Position numbers and translations under genes: made by a program. The notes beneath the pieces are model-generated. The model did not search any database. It saw only the letters and a list, made by a program, of their open reading frames with translations, and was not told the origin of the DNA. Shown piece by piece: positions 9,185-18,286 of a stretch of DNA of 40,169 nucleotides (the stretch's first letter is position 1; each line of letters starts with the position of its first letter). The DNA comes from a virus: the IMG/VR virus record IMGVR_UViG_3300045988_013378. One strand, 5' to 3'.

Positions 9185-10501
9185 TTACTGAACATAGACG
9201 GTCATATAAAGCTGTTCCATAGCGTTCACGGGGGTCACATAGTCAGTAACCACCACGGATTTCTTGGTATCGCCCTTTTCAACCGTCACATTTTCGCCGC
9301 TGAAGTTCTCAATGGCCCGAATATCCTGAAGTTCCGTGTGGTGCTTCACAATATCGTTCCAAAGGGAAATCCGGCCAGCGGCATCATTGGGAACCTTGCC
9401 AAGATACTTCTTGCCGAACAGAACGGCAATATCATTGGCGATCTGATCCAAAACTCGGATCGTCTGGTTGCTGGAAAAGTCGCTGGACTTTTCATCCGTG
9501 ATGGAAATGAAGCTGTTAATGTCGGTCAGGACACACACCGCTTCATCCACACGATGGAACATGAAGGAACCTTCCCTGATCCCGTTTTCAAGCTGGGTCT
9601 GCGTGAAATCGGTGTCCACATCGTATTCACCATCATAGGTCATGTTGGTGGCGCTCTTATTGACCGCCGTGCCGCCGATCACACCCGTAACCCAAGGGAT
9701 CAGGGCGGTGGAAGTCTTGTCGGAAGTCAGGCCGTTCTTGACGCTCACAACGCCTTCATAGTCGGCCAGCTTGCGGAAAAGAACCACCTGAAACTTCTTG
9801 CCCACATCATCACGCATACGCTTTGCGAAAGCCGCAAACAGGGCGGTGATGGTGGCCTTGCTCTCGGTGCAACCCATAGCGTTGAAGGTGTACGCTTCCG
9901 CCTGATCAAGATAGGTCTGATAGTCGGAATCGGCCACGGTGCCATTGGTGCCGCCCGTCAGGGGCAAGGAAGCGGTCAAGGAAAGGGTTCCGCTGGACTT
10001 CCAATCCAGATAGTCATTGGCCTTCAGGCCGGTAATAGCGGCCACACCTTCCTGAAGATCAACCTGAACGGTTCCCAAGAAGGTTTCCACATCGAACAGG
10101 GGCTTCTGTTCGGTGCTGTTTTCATTGGCCGTGATCACAACCCGAAGATCATTGCCACGGGTGCCGGGGTATTTGGCTGTTGCGTAGGTGTTGGACGCTT
10201 TCACGCCGCTGGAACCAAGGCGGAAGAAATGAACGGTCTTGGCGTGAAGGAAGATTTCACGCATGGGCTTCAGTTCATCCGCCGTGTACGCATAGCCGAA
10301 AATCTTCTGACTGTTCTTGATGAAGTCAGCCTGTTCCACCGTGAAAATCTTGCCTTCAGGCCCCCAATTCATGGCAAGGGGGATGGTGACAATACCACGG
10401 TCAGAAAGGGTGGCGCTTGCCTGCGCCACAGAAATGAAGTTGATATATGCACCGGGCAGAACCTTGTTCTGCACCAAGAAGGTGCCGCCGCCAAGGGCCA
10501 T
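9185..10501 (-). CDS. Contractile tail sheath protein (XkdK-like)
   Basis: 438 aa with N-terminus MALGGGTFLVQNKVLPGAYINF, typical of sheath proteins. It lies upstream of the tube gene. Confidence 0.85.
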   Translation of the reverse strand: MALGGGTFLVQNKVLPGAYINFISVAQASATLSDRGIVTIPLAMNWGPEGKIFTVEQADFIKNSQKIFGYAYTADELKPMREIFLHAKTVHFFRLGSSGVKASNTYATAKYPGTRGNDLRVVITANENSTEQKPLFDVETFLGTVQVDLQEGVAAITGLKANDYLDWKSSGTLSLTASLPLTGGTNGTVADSDYQTYLDQAEAYTFNAMGCTESKATITALFAAFAKRMRDDVGKKFQVVLFRKLADYEGVVSVKNGLTSDKTSTALIPWVTGVIGGTAVNKSATNMTYDGEYDVDTDFTQTQLENGIREGSFMFHRVDEAVCVLTDINSFISITDEKSSDFSSNQTIRVLDQIANDIAVLFGKKYLGKVPNDAAGRISLWNDIVKHHTELQDIRAIENFSGENVTVEKGDTKKSVVVTDYVTPVNAMEQLYMTVYVQ

Positions 10502-10502
10502 A

Positions 10503-10706
10503 TTAGTTCACCTTACCTTTCATAAAGTCTTTGATCAGCCCATCAATCTGATCATGGGTGTATTCCTTCCCATCTTCCAAAAGGACAGACAGAAGATCAC
10601 GCCGGTCAGCGTATCTCTTGAAGGTCAACACCCGTTCTTTGGGGAATACCACCGGGGCCGTGATGGGCGGTTCCTGTGCGGTGGTGGCTTTCTTTCTGGT
10701 AGCCAT
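10503..10706 (-). CDS. Small hypothetical protein
   Basis: 67-aa ORF, tightly packed between the tail-completion and sheath genes. Confidence 0.4.
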   Translation of the reverse strand: MATRKKATTAQEPPITAPVVFPKERVLTFKRYADRRDLLSVLLEDGKEYTHDQIDGLIKDFMKGKVN

Positions 10707-10710
10707 TCAA

Positions 10711-11139
10711 TCACCCTTTCTTTGGCTCCACATCCACATCCAAGGTTTCCATTGGGGTTTCCTCGGACGGGCGGGATAGTGTCAGATTGAAGTTGACGAA
10801 GAAGTGAAGAACCCCATCTTCAACTTCATAACTCATGGAAGTTCCGTGAAGCACATCCCCATTGGGAAGGGTGATGAACTCCAAACATTCCATCAAATCC
10901 CCGGCCACCGTGAACAATTCGGTGTTGTTCCTCCCGCTGGTGGGGAAATAGTGAATATCCAGCGGGTTCCGGTTCATGAACCGGTTCTTCTGCAACGGGG
11001 AAATGTCGGGCTTCAGAACGGCAATGAAAAAACAGGGTTCTTTGAAACCCTGTTCCACATCGTTCTGATAGATTTTGTACCCGGCCCCAAAGGTGGCGTT
11101 CAGCTTCATGGAAACACCTTTGATGATTTCATTGATCAA
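10711..11139 (-). CDS. Tail completion / tail terminator-like protein (XkdJ position)
   Basis: 142 aa. The call rests on synteny (after the HK97 gp10-like gene, before the sheath); I recognise no diagnostic motif. Confidence 0.45.
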   Translation of the reverse strand: MINEIIKGVSMKLNATFGAGYKIYQNDVEQGFKEPCFFIAVLKPDISPLQKNRFMNRNPLDIHYFPTSGRNNTELFTVAGDLMECLEFITLPNGDVLHGTSMSYEVEDGVLHFFVNFNLTLSRPSEETPMETLDVDVEPKKG

Positions 11140-11639
11140 CTGAACACCCCCTTCAAGGCTTCATACAACATATCATTCAGAACGGACGGGGCCAAGGTTT
11201 TCACTTCCTGTTCGGAAATCGTCAGCATGAACCGCCCCTTCACCCAACTTGCCTTCAAGGTCTTACCCAAGGCGGGAACATAGCGCCCCGGCGTTTGCCG
11301 GTGGCCGTATTCCACATAGGACGCATATTCCAAGTTGTTGATGATGGTCACGGTGTACTGATCCCCATGTTTTTCAATGGGAAGGATCGTCCACGCATCA
11401 CGCAAGGAACCCCCGCTGTAACCGGCCCAATATTCCTGCTTGGCTTCATCCGTAGCATAGGACGGAACCACGCCAACCGGGGTTCTTTTCTTCACCTTGT
11501 TCAGAAGGATTTGGGCAACCTTCTTGGCGGCATCCCGGCAAAGTCGATCCATGTCAACTTCCGAAAGCTGTTGAAGGCGTTCATCCTGCTTCTTCAATTC
11601 CCGGTAATCACACCGGCCCCATCTCGCCATCAGACCCAC
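11136..11639 (-). CDS. HK97 gp10-family head-tail joining protein
   Basis: 167 aa containing KRTPVG...GGSLRDAWT...YASYVEYGH, which is like the gp10 family. Confidence 0.65.
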   Translation of the reverse strand: MGLMARWGRCDYRELKKQDERLQQLSEVDMDRLCRDAAKKVAQILLNKVKKRTPVGVVPSYATDEAKQEYWAGYSGGSLRDAWTILPIEKHGDQYTVTIINNLEYASYVEYGHRQTPGRYVPALGKTLKASWVKGRFMLTISEQEVKTLAPSVLNDMLYEALKGVFS

Positions 11640-12001
11640 CCCCTGAAGGGTTCAAGCATGATTTCTTGATGGTTAGAGAAAACACCCGGTTCACCGGAAC
11701 GGGAATAGGTGAAGGTTCGTTCCACATCATTTGGCCGGGTGACAATGATCTTACATCCTGCGGGAACCTTCACATCCGGGGAAAGGAACAGCTTCACCAC
11801 CTGTTGGGCGGTTGCCACTTCATCCCCATTGGTTGAAGTTAATGTTTCAAAAGACAGCTTGCACGGCTGATTCTGAAGAAGCGGCTTTTCTTCAGAATCC
11901 GTCAGGTGGGTGACAGGATCGGTGACTTCCTCACGGATGAAGATAGAACACCGATCCTTCCACAACCGTTCCAAGGCGGTTCGCACGGCCTTATTTACCA
12001 T
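11630..12001 (-). CDS. Head closure / head-tail adaptor protein
   Basis: 123 aa. Size and position in the connector block support the call. Confidence 0.55.
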   Translation of the reverse strand: MVNKAVRTALERLWKDRCSIFIREEVTDPVTHLTDSEEKPLLQNQPCKLSFETLTSTNGDEVATAQQVVKLFLSPDVKVPAGCKIIVTRPNDVERTFTYSRSGEPGVFSNHQEIMLEPFRGWV

Positions 12002-12375
12002 ACCAACCGCCTATAACGGTAGATTTCACCAATGCGCCCGTTGATCAGATAATCAATCAGGCTGTTCAACCTCTGTTCAGGGGTTGAACTACCTTCACCA
12101 AGGGCAAAGGTAATGTTGGTGTCACCTTCCTGAATGGATTTCACCGCCGCATCCAAATCAAACCCTTCAAGCTGTCCAGAACACTTCTTCATGTTCAGGT
12201 ATTCGCCCACGGCCATAGAAACGGCCAGACTTTCCAACCCCTCCGGGATTTCGGAAAGGTTGGAAAGGTTTTTGATCCGCCATTGAACATTGTTCAAGAC
12301 AATATCCAACAGCGGATCATCAGCGGCCCCCGCCACGCCAAGGGCCGTTAGCATTGCAACCGCTTTATCACGCAA
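11995..12375 (-). CDS. gp6-like head-tail connector protein
   Basis: 126 aa, the first gene after the major capsid gene. Confidence 0.55.
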   Translation of the reverse strand: MRDKAVAMLTALGVAGAADDPLLDIVLNNVQWRIKNLSNLSEIPEGLESLAVSMAVGEYLNMKKCSGQLEGFDLDAAVKSIQEGDTNITFALGEGSSTPEQRLNSLIDYLINGRIGEIYRYRRLVW

Positions 12376-12390
12376 CGGGGTTCACCGCCT

Positions 12391-13572
12391 TTAGCCACGG
12401 GAAAGAATCCGGGCAATGGGAATGGCCTTGTGGTTGATGTAGGAACGCTGACTTGCGGTGCTTTCACCGGAATGAACCAGCGTCCAGTTGCCGCCGTTTT
12501 CCAGTTCAGCCGCCGTGGGGCTGGTGCTTGCCTGCGTTTTCTTCTCATAGGACAGGCCGAAGGGGGCGAAAACCTTACGCTGACGCATATACAGCAAATC
12601 TTCACCGCCGTTGGTCTTGGGGTCACGGGCCATTTCATAGGGAACCTTTACGCCGATGTCCTCATAAGAGAAGGCACCATTGCCCATAGCATAGGTGGTG
12701 TACTGAACGCCAGCAACCACATAATCATTGGCCGCAAGGGTCTTGGAACCGAAGTAAGGCGTGACCTTGGACAGAAGGATTTCGCCATCGGCGGGGGCGC
12801 CAGAAGCAATGATCTTCAAAGCGCCATCGGTGTTGGCGTCGGCATCAAAATAGCCTTCAGAAACAGGCATCTGATCAGTGACGATCACCAGCTTACCGTT
12901 CCAAGTACCCAATTCCAAATCACGCTGAATCCCGTCCTTGTCGGTGTACTTCAGGCGTTCGATCAGGTTCAGGTTTTCAAGGCCGGTGGAAACATCACTA
13001 TGGCAGAAAACCAAAGTGAACTTCTTCTTGTTCGCACCGCAAGCCTTGTTTGCCGCCGTGTTCAGGGTAGTGGCGGTCATAGCGCCGGGAACGGTGGTGG
13101 TGTGCTTCTCCACAAATTCCTTGTTCTTGGTGTCGGTGGTGGACATGGCGAAAATGCCCTTCAGGATGGAAAGAATGGTGGCTTCATCCAGTTCATCCTT
13201 GTACTGTGCAACCTGTTCGCTGATGTTCGCCATGAAATCAACGCCACCGGTCACATCATAGGAGAAATCACGCTCTTTCCACGCCTTGGCACGGCCAACC
13301 ACCACAACACCCTGTTCAAAGGTCTTGGTGGAAGTGGCGGTAATGTCGGTAGAACCGTCATAGTTCACCGCATCACCGTCAATCAGGCCACGCATGGCAA
13401 GACGGGCGTAAGCGGTGCCGTTCTGACCGCTGAACACTTCCTGAATGTCAGGGTTTGCGGCCAATGCACGGGATTTCTTGATTTCGTTCATGTTCAGGTT
13501 GGGAACACGGGCCACCATGTACTTGAACGCTTCAGCATTGAAACTCTTGGAATCAAACTTGTTGTTAGGCAT
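12391..13572 (-). CDS. Major capsid protein
   Basis: 393 aa lying directly after the scaffold gene, with a strong RBS. The composition is typical of HK97-fold capsid proteins. Confidence 0.8.
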   Translation of the reverse strand: MPNNKFDSKSFNAEAFKYMVARVPNLNMNEIKKSRALAANPDIQEVFSGQNGTAYARLAMRGLIDGDAVNYDGSTDITATSTKTFEQGVVVVGRAKAWKERDFSYDVTGGVDFMANISEQVAQYKDELDEATILSILKGIFAMSTTDTKNKEFVEKHTTTVPGAMTATTLNTAANKACGANKKKFTLVFCHSDVSTGLENLNLIERLKYTDKDGIQRDLELGTWNGKLVIVTDQMPVSEGYFDADANTDGALKIIASGAPADGEILLSKVTPYFGSKTLAANDYVVAGVQYTTYAMGNGAFSYEDIGVKVPYEMARDPKTNGGEDLLYMRQRKVFAPFGLSYEKKTQASTSPTAAELENGGNWTLVHSGESTASQRSYINHKAIPIARILSRG

Positions 13573-13617
13573 AGTTCAAAACTTCCTTTCTAAAAATAAG
13601 ATTTGTAGGGGTGTTGG

Positions 13618-14220
13618 TTAGTCCAACTTTGCATCCGGGTGGGCTTCCAAATACTGACACAGTTCATCATAGGTCATTTTGGAAGGATCATCACCGGCCG
13701 GGGGTGTATCACTCTTTTCACCGGGCTTGGCACCCTTGAACTTCTTATCAGGGGCCTTGGTGTCAAACAGAAAAGCCGTGTCCTGACCGTCCACCAGCTT
13801 CTTGATTTCGTCACCCAAACCCTTCACCGTGCCATCATCGGCCAGTTCAGCCTTGGCAAGAAAATCAGCCATCAGCGCCTTAACAGCGGTGTTGTTCTTG
13901 GCCTTGGCTCCGGTCAATGCCACATCAACGGCGTTGCCAATCTTCAACGCCTTCATTTCGGCTTCATGGGCCTTCTTCTGATTGGCGTTGTCGGTCTGAA
14001 GCTGGGTGATCTGATCCTGAAGCGCCTTGGTGTCACCTGTGGACTTCTTCAGCGTTTCAAGCTGGGTGTCACGCTCTTTGATCGTGTTCTTTGCGTTGGT
14101 CAGTTCGGTGTTGACCTCGTTGAAGCGGCTTTTGGTTACGAAAGAACCGTTCAGGCCCTCCATGACCTTATTGGCCTGTTCCTCGGTCAAGCCCCATTCC
14201 AGCAGTTTTTCCTTTGTCAT
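13618..14220 (-). CDS. Scaffolding protein (Phage_GP20-like)
   Basis: Coiled-coil, Lys/Glu/Gln-rich protein beginning MTKEKLLEWGLTEEQANKVMEGLNG. ATG 14220 sits behind GGAGG, which is better than the track start at 14235. Confidence 0.8.
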   Translation of the reverse strand: MTKEKLLEWGLTEEQANKVMEGLNGSFVTKSRFNEVNTELTNAKNTIKERDTQLETLKKSTGDTKALQDQITQLQTDNANQKKAHEAEMKALKIGNAVDVALTGAKAKNNTAVKALMADFLAKAELADDGTVKGLGDEIKKLVDGQDTAFLFDTKAPDKKFKGAKPGEKSDTPPAGDDPSKMTYDELCQYLEAHPDAKLD

Positions 14221-14318
14221 AGTGATAACCTCCAAATCCTTTTTTACCGTGGGTTAGGAACCACGATTTCATTTAGATTTCTGTTTACCGCCCACAAATC
14301 CAAAACGGCGATGGTATG

Positions 14319-14350
14319 AAAAAACCACCACCGGCCAAAGGCCGGGGTGG
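14319..14350 (-). terminator. Rho-independent terminator after the MuF/orf54 pair
   Basis: Minus strand: CCACCCCGGCC-TTT-GGCCGGTGGTGG, followed by TTTTTT. Confidence 0.7.
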
Positions 14351-14358
14351 TCAGATCA

Positions 14359-14523
14359 TCAATATAGGGATTTTTCATCCAGTTCAGGTGGCCGGTAAGG
14401 GGTTCCCTTATCCAAACAATCCTGAATAATGGCTTCCACTTCCGCTTCCTCGACACCCATCAGGGCGAACAGGGGGAAGTTCTCATGAAATCGTTCAAGA
14501 TATTGTTCAATCAGTTCAGCCAT
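14359..14523 (-). CDS. Small acidic protein (54 aa); candidate partner or immunity protein of the MuF C-terminal domain
   Basis: MAELIEQYLERFHENFPLFALMGVEEAEVEAIIQDCLDKGTPYRPPELDEKSLY. The RBS AAAGGGG overlaps the MuF stop codon. Confidence 0.45.
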   Translation of the reverse strand: MAELIEQYLERFHENFPLFALMGVEEAEVEAIIQDCLDKGTPYRPPELDEKSLY

Positions 14524-14537
14524 TTTCAACACCCCTT

Positions 14538-16427
14538 TCACGGCTGATTTGCAATCACCTTCAACATATCTTCATACATGGCATAGGACTTGGGAAGATA
14601 TTTCTTGATGGTTGCCAAACTTTCCGGGGAAGTCATGGTTGCGGAAGTCATTTCCGCAAAGGCTTCAGTTCCAAGGCCCCAATCAATCCCGTTGTAAGTT
14701 CGGGTTGTCCAGTAGGAACCGCCACCATGACCAATGCCACAGCGGATTTTTCCACGGGTGGCCCCTTCCAATATATCAGAAAGATCACCGTACTGCAATG
14801 GGGTTAATGCCTTCACTTCCGCTTGAACGGCGGCATAGGCATAAGATTTTTTCACCTTGAACCCACCATACTTGATGTAATAATCAGCGGTGTTTTGCGA
14901 CATCCAGCCTTTTTGTACCCAATACGGGAAATCATCTTTATGGGCCTTCATGTCAGCAAGAACCCGATCCACCCAATCATTCACTTCATCCTTGATGGTT
15001 TGTGGAAAAGCCCCGCCCTTGTAAGTAGAAGAAAAATGCCATTGCCCATTCGGGGTTCCAAGCTGTGCCGCAAGGCCATCAATGGCATGGCCGCTTTCAT
15101 GGAAAGTGGTGGCATAAGGGGCGCTCCAAGAACGGCCCTTCCCGTCAGCGTCAATATTCACATAAATGCTATTGCCCTGACAGTATGCACCGCCTTGATG
15201 GTTCGCCTTTGCAACCTTGATTTTGGTTTCATACTTATCCCAAGCGGCCTGAAGGTCAGGGCTTTGGCAAGCGTCCACACGGTCACGAATCTGATCATAA
15301 TGGTCTTTGCCGAACTTCTTTCCAAACTCGGTGTTGTAGTCACGAAGCGTTTTGGCAACACCGGCCCCGGTTGCAACGGTCAAGCCAGCCTTGGAACCAC
15401 CGTTCACGAAGGTCTGAACCCAATCAGCATATTTCATGTTGGCGGGAACATAGTACACATCCCCATCAGCGTTCCGGGCGGCTCTTTCACCGGCATACTT
15501 GGGATCAATGGCCGGGGCCGTAGTTCCTCGACAGTTGGGGTGGAAGGGTGGCACGGTCACGCCGGGTTCATATTGGGAAATGGGGATCACCTTACCATCA
15601 AGCCCACCACAAATGGAACAGGTATGGGAATCCAGCGTTTCAATGATTTCCACCATTTCAACATCCAAATCCTTGTAACATTCCTTAGTTGCAACGGCGT
15701 TGAAATAGGTGGTTTCGGTGTTGACCAACCGCCCCGCCTTATACCGATGAACCCCGAACTGCTTCTGAATGGCCGTGGTGATCTTGGACGGGGAATCACC
15801 CCGAAGAAGCCCTTGCGTCAGGCTCTTACTGACCGAACCCACCAAATCATTCTTGTTCAGCCAACAGCGATCCCGGAAGGTTCGCCCGTCCGTTGTCCAA
15901 GGCTTTGAAAGCAAGGTTTCAAGTTTCTTCTGATCCAGCCCGGTAATATCCCAACCAAGGCCAACGCCCTTCTGAACCTCAAAGGCCGTGTGGGTGTAGC
16001 CATTGCCCACAACTTTCTTCAACAGGGCATCCAGACTATCAACCTGATTGCCATACAGCAATTCAAGCTGTTGCTGAATACCTGTCTGAACAGCTTCAAG
16101 GCGGGAAATGTGGAACCGGGCGGACGCATTTTCCAGCTTCTTCAGCCATGCCGCATCCAACCCGGCCTGTTCACCGATCTTGATATACTGTTCAACGCTC
16201 CAATGAAATTCTTCAAGCTGTCCAGCGGTCAGCCATTTTCGGGCATCGGTCAGGCTGATTTGGTTGTTCACCGCAAAACGAGCATACCAGCTTTCAATTT
16301 CCTTCTGAACTGAACGCTGGGCATCCAAATACAGTTCTTCCATGTCCTGAATGGTTCGCTGGGCTTCTCGGTGGGCGCTGTCCTCCAAGATGGAAAACCG
16401 TCCACGCCAATAGTCCGCATTTCTCAT
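14538..16427 (-). CDS. MuF / SPP1 gp7-like minor head protein fused to a C-terminal HExxH (zincin-like) domain
   Basis: The true start is ATG 16427 (MRNADYWRGRF) behind GGAGGA; the longer track ORF runs through tRNA-Leu. The MuF core ends at PPFHPNCRGT. About 320 extra residues follow, carrying HESGH (nt 15087-15101). Confidence 0.85.
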   Translation of the reverse strand: MRNADYWRGRFSILEDSAHREAQRTIQDMEELYLDAQRSVQKEIESWYARFAVNNQISLTDARKWLTAGQLEEFHWSVEQYIKIGEQAGLDAAWLKKLENASARFHISRLEAVQTGIQQQLELLYGNQVDSLDALLKKVVGNGYTHTAFEVQKGVGLGWDITGLDQKKLETLLSKPWTTDGRTFRDRCWLNKNDLVGSVSKSLTQGLLRGDSPSKITTAIQKQFGVHRYKAGRLVNTETTYFNAVATKECYKDLDVEMVEIIETLDSHTCSICGGLDGKVIPISQYEPGVTVPPFHPNCRGTTAPAIDPKYAGERAARNADGDVYYVPANMKYADWVQTFVNGGSKAGLTVATGAGVAKTLRDYNTEFGKKFGKDHYDQIRDRVDACQSPDLQAAWDKYETKIKVAKANHQGGAYCQGNSIYVNIDADGKGRSWSAPYATTFHESGHAIDGLAAQLGTPNGQWHFSSTYKGGAFPQTIKDEVNDWVDRVLADMKAHKDDFPYWVQKGWMSQNTADYYIKYGGFKVKKSYAYAAVQAEVKALTPLQYGDLSDILEGATRGKIRCGIGHGGGSYWTTRTYNGIDWGLGTEAFAEMTSATMTSPESLATIKKYLPKSYAMYEDMLKVIANQP

Positions 16428-16452
16428 GGGCGGTTCCTCCAATCCTGAAAAA

Positions 16453-16538
16453 TGGTGCTGAAGGTGGGATTTGAACCCACACGCCTTGCGGCAACGGATT
16501 TTGAATCCGCCGTGTCTGCCTATTCCATCCACTTCAGC
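16453..16538 (-). tRNA. tRNA-Leu (anticodon CAA), class II with long variable arm, CCA encoded
   Basis: GCTGAAG acceptor stem pairs with CTTCAGC-A-CCA. The anticodon loop is TTCAAAA, the T arm is GTGGG-TTCAAAT-CCCAC, and the variable arm is about 13 nt. Confidence 0.9.
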
Positions 16539-16608
16539 TTATTAGGCCACGCTGTTTCTTCATAGGGGCTTGCGCCTTGCTGAATTTTGGTTCCTTCCTT
16601 TGTGGCCT

Positions 16609-16683
16609 TGGTAGCCCGTGCCGGGATCGAACCGGCGTTACCGCCGTGAAAGGGCGGTGTCTTGACCACTTGACCAACGGGCC
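16609..16683 (-). tRNA. tRNA-Glu (anticodon TTC), CCA encoded
   Basis: GGCCCGTTGGTCAAGTGGTCAAGACACCGCCCTTTCACGGCGGTAACGCCGGTTCGATCCCGGCACGGGCTACCA folds as a cloverleaf with anticodon loop CTTTCAC. It closely resembles Firmicutes tRNA-Glu. Confidence 0.9.
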
Positions 16684-16785
16684 ATGATGGGCCGGGGAAG
16701 GGAATTTCACCCTTTGGCGGGTAGGAGTAATAGCACCCCGCCACACTCAATGTCTGCCCCGGCGTATATTGTGAAACGGCGGGGG

Positions 16786-18273
16786 TTATTCGCCCCCACC
16801 ATTATCACCTTGGTTCGGGTTGCCGGTCTGGAAAGCCCCGGCGTATTCCTGTGCCTGTGCCATAGCTTCTTCCTTTTCCTTCTGCAACCGGGCCATTTCT
16901 GCTTCAACATCCGTAACCCACGGGTGCTGTTCCACAATGGTTTCATTGGACAGAATACCAACGGACTTGGAACAGTTTTCAATGGATTCCGATTCATTGA
17001 TCAGAATATCCCTGTTGAACACAATCGCCACATCATCCGTGAAATCTCCAACGCCGGTGTTGCTGAAGTGGTTGTTGATGAACCACAACAGTTCTTCAAA
17101 GGCCGCTTGGAACTCGGTTTCCATGCCGTTTGCGTCAAGGTCAATGTCAGAATACATGGATTGAATGTTCATCTGATTGGGATTCCCGGACAAGCGATCA
17201 TCTTTGGCATCGTAGCCACGGGCATTTTCAATCAGGGCTTTCTTGAACACATCCAAAATGGCCTTGTAGTTCTCGGAACTGACTTCCACCGTCAGGGTGG
17301 TAACACCACCATCATCACGAACCTTCACGGCTCCGAAGGTGGCAAGGTTGCGGCGGAACTCACCAAGATTTTCACCATCGTAATTCTTCAGGATCAGGAT
17401 GGTGTTCCGTGCGTCCTCTTGCATATTGTTTTCAAAGTCGGAAATCATGGTGTTGATTCCGTCCTGAAGGGTTTTCACACGGCGAATCAGGGGGATTTCC
17501 TGTTTGTTATACTTGAACGGAATCAGGGGAATCCGTTCCCAATTCAATTCGGTGGGTTCCTTGCCTTCTTCCTCAATGGTGAAGTAGCTTTCATGTTCCC
17601 CGGCTTCCACATCAGGCTTCAGTTCGCTTCCATCATAGATATACCGGTAAAGGCCATCGGTCTTGAACAGTTCAACCCGTTCAATGATTTTCTTGGTATA
17701 TCCATCCCACACTTCCTGCGGGTAAAGACGGATAGCAGAATCAAGGATGGTGTGATCATCGTCAGCCCAAAACGGAAGGACTTCATAGGCTGGGAAATGC
17801 TTGAAGGCCAAATTGCCCTTTTTGTCATAGAACGGGAACAACCAGCCAAGGCCACCATTCAAGGCATCTTCACAAACATACTTCAGAAGCCGGTGGAACC
17901 GCTTATTGAACACATTGTTCAAAGCATCCGCATAGGCTTTATTCTGACAGTTCACCGTGAAGGGCTTGCCCACAAGGTAGTTGGTTTTCTGATCCACCAT
18001 CAGGGCATATTGGTTATCAATCAGGCGATTGTTCGGAAGATTATCCACTTCCTGAAGTTTGCCATCAGCGCCAATGATTGTGCGCTTCCGGTTCAGAATG
18101 TCATGACGGCCTTCATAGTAATCAGCGCCCTTAATCTGATCCAGACGCTTCAGGCTGTTCTTCCATTCACGGATTTCAGCGGCGTAAAACTGAAGTTCAG
18201 TCATGCCGGTTCGCCCACCCTGAAGGATCAGGCGGTTGATACGCTCCATAGCGTTATCCAGAAACATATTCAA
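16786..18273 (-). CDS. Portal protein (SPP1 gp6-like)
   Basis: 495 aa, lying after the large terminase gene. The acidic C-terminus and the segment DNLPNNRLIDNQYALMVDQKTNYLVGKPF resemble the SPP1 portal family. Confidence 0.85.
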   Translation of the reverse strand: MNMFLDNAMERINRLILQGGRTGMTELQFYAAEIREWKNSLKRLDQIKGADYYEGRHDILNRKRTIIGADGKLQEVDNLPNNRLIDNQYALMVDQKTNYLVGKPFTVNCQNKAYADALNNVFNKRFHRLLKYVCEDALNGGLGWLFPFYDKKGNLAFKHFPAYEVLPFWADDDHTILDSAIRLYPQEVWDGYTKKIIERVELFKTDGLYRYIYDGSELKPDVEAGEHESYFTIEEEGKEPTELNWERIPLIPFKYNKQEIPLIRRVKTLQDGINTMISDFENNMQEDARNTILILKNYDGENLGEFRRNLATFGAVKVRDDGGVTTLTVEVSSENYKAILDVFKKALIENARGYDAKDDRLSGNPNQMNIQSMYSDIDLDANGMETEFQAAFEELLWFINNHFSNTGVGDFTDDVAIVFNRDILINESESIENCSKSVGILSNETIVEQHPWVTDVEAEMARLQKEKEEAMAQAQEYAGAFQTGNPNQGDNGGGE

Positions 18274-18286
18274 TCACCCTTTCCTT

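Noticed and set aside
12348-12638. 96-aa Arg/Pro-rich ORF overlapping the capsid gene 3' end and the connector gene start
   Set aside because: It is an out-of-frame overlap with two well-supported structural genes, has biased composition and has no RBS.
16428-16532. N-terminal extension of the MuF ORF (track start 16532) and the small ORFs 16294-16494, 16520-16750 and 16534-16746
   Set aside because: They read through the tRNA-Leu and tRNA-Glu genes. MuF has a proper GGAGGA RBS and ATG at 16427.
16539-16608. Spacer between the two tRNAs as a third tRNA or tRNA-like gene
   Set aside because: It has only a terminal GGCCAC/GTGGCC pairing. I could fold no T-loop (GTTCRA), D-arm or anticodon stem.
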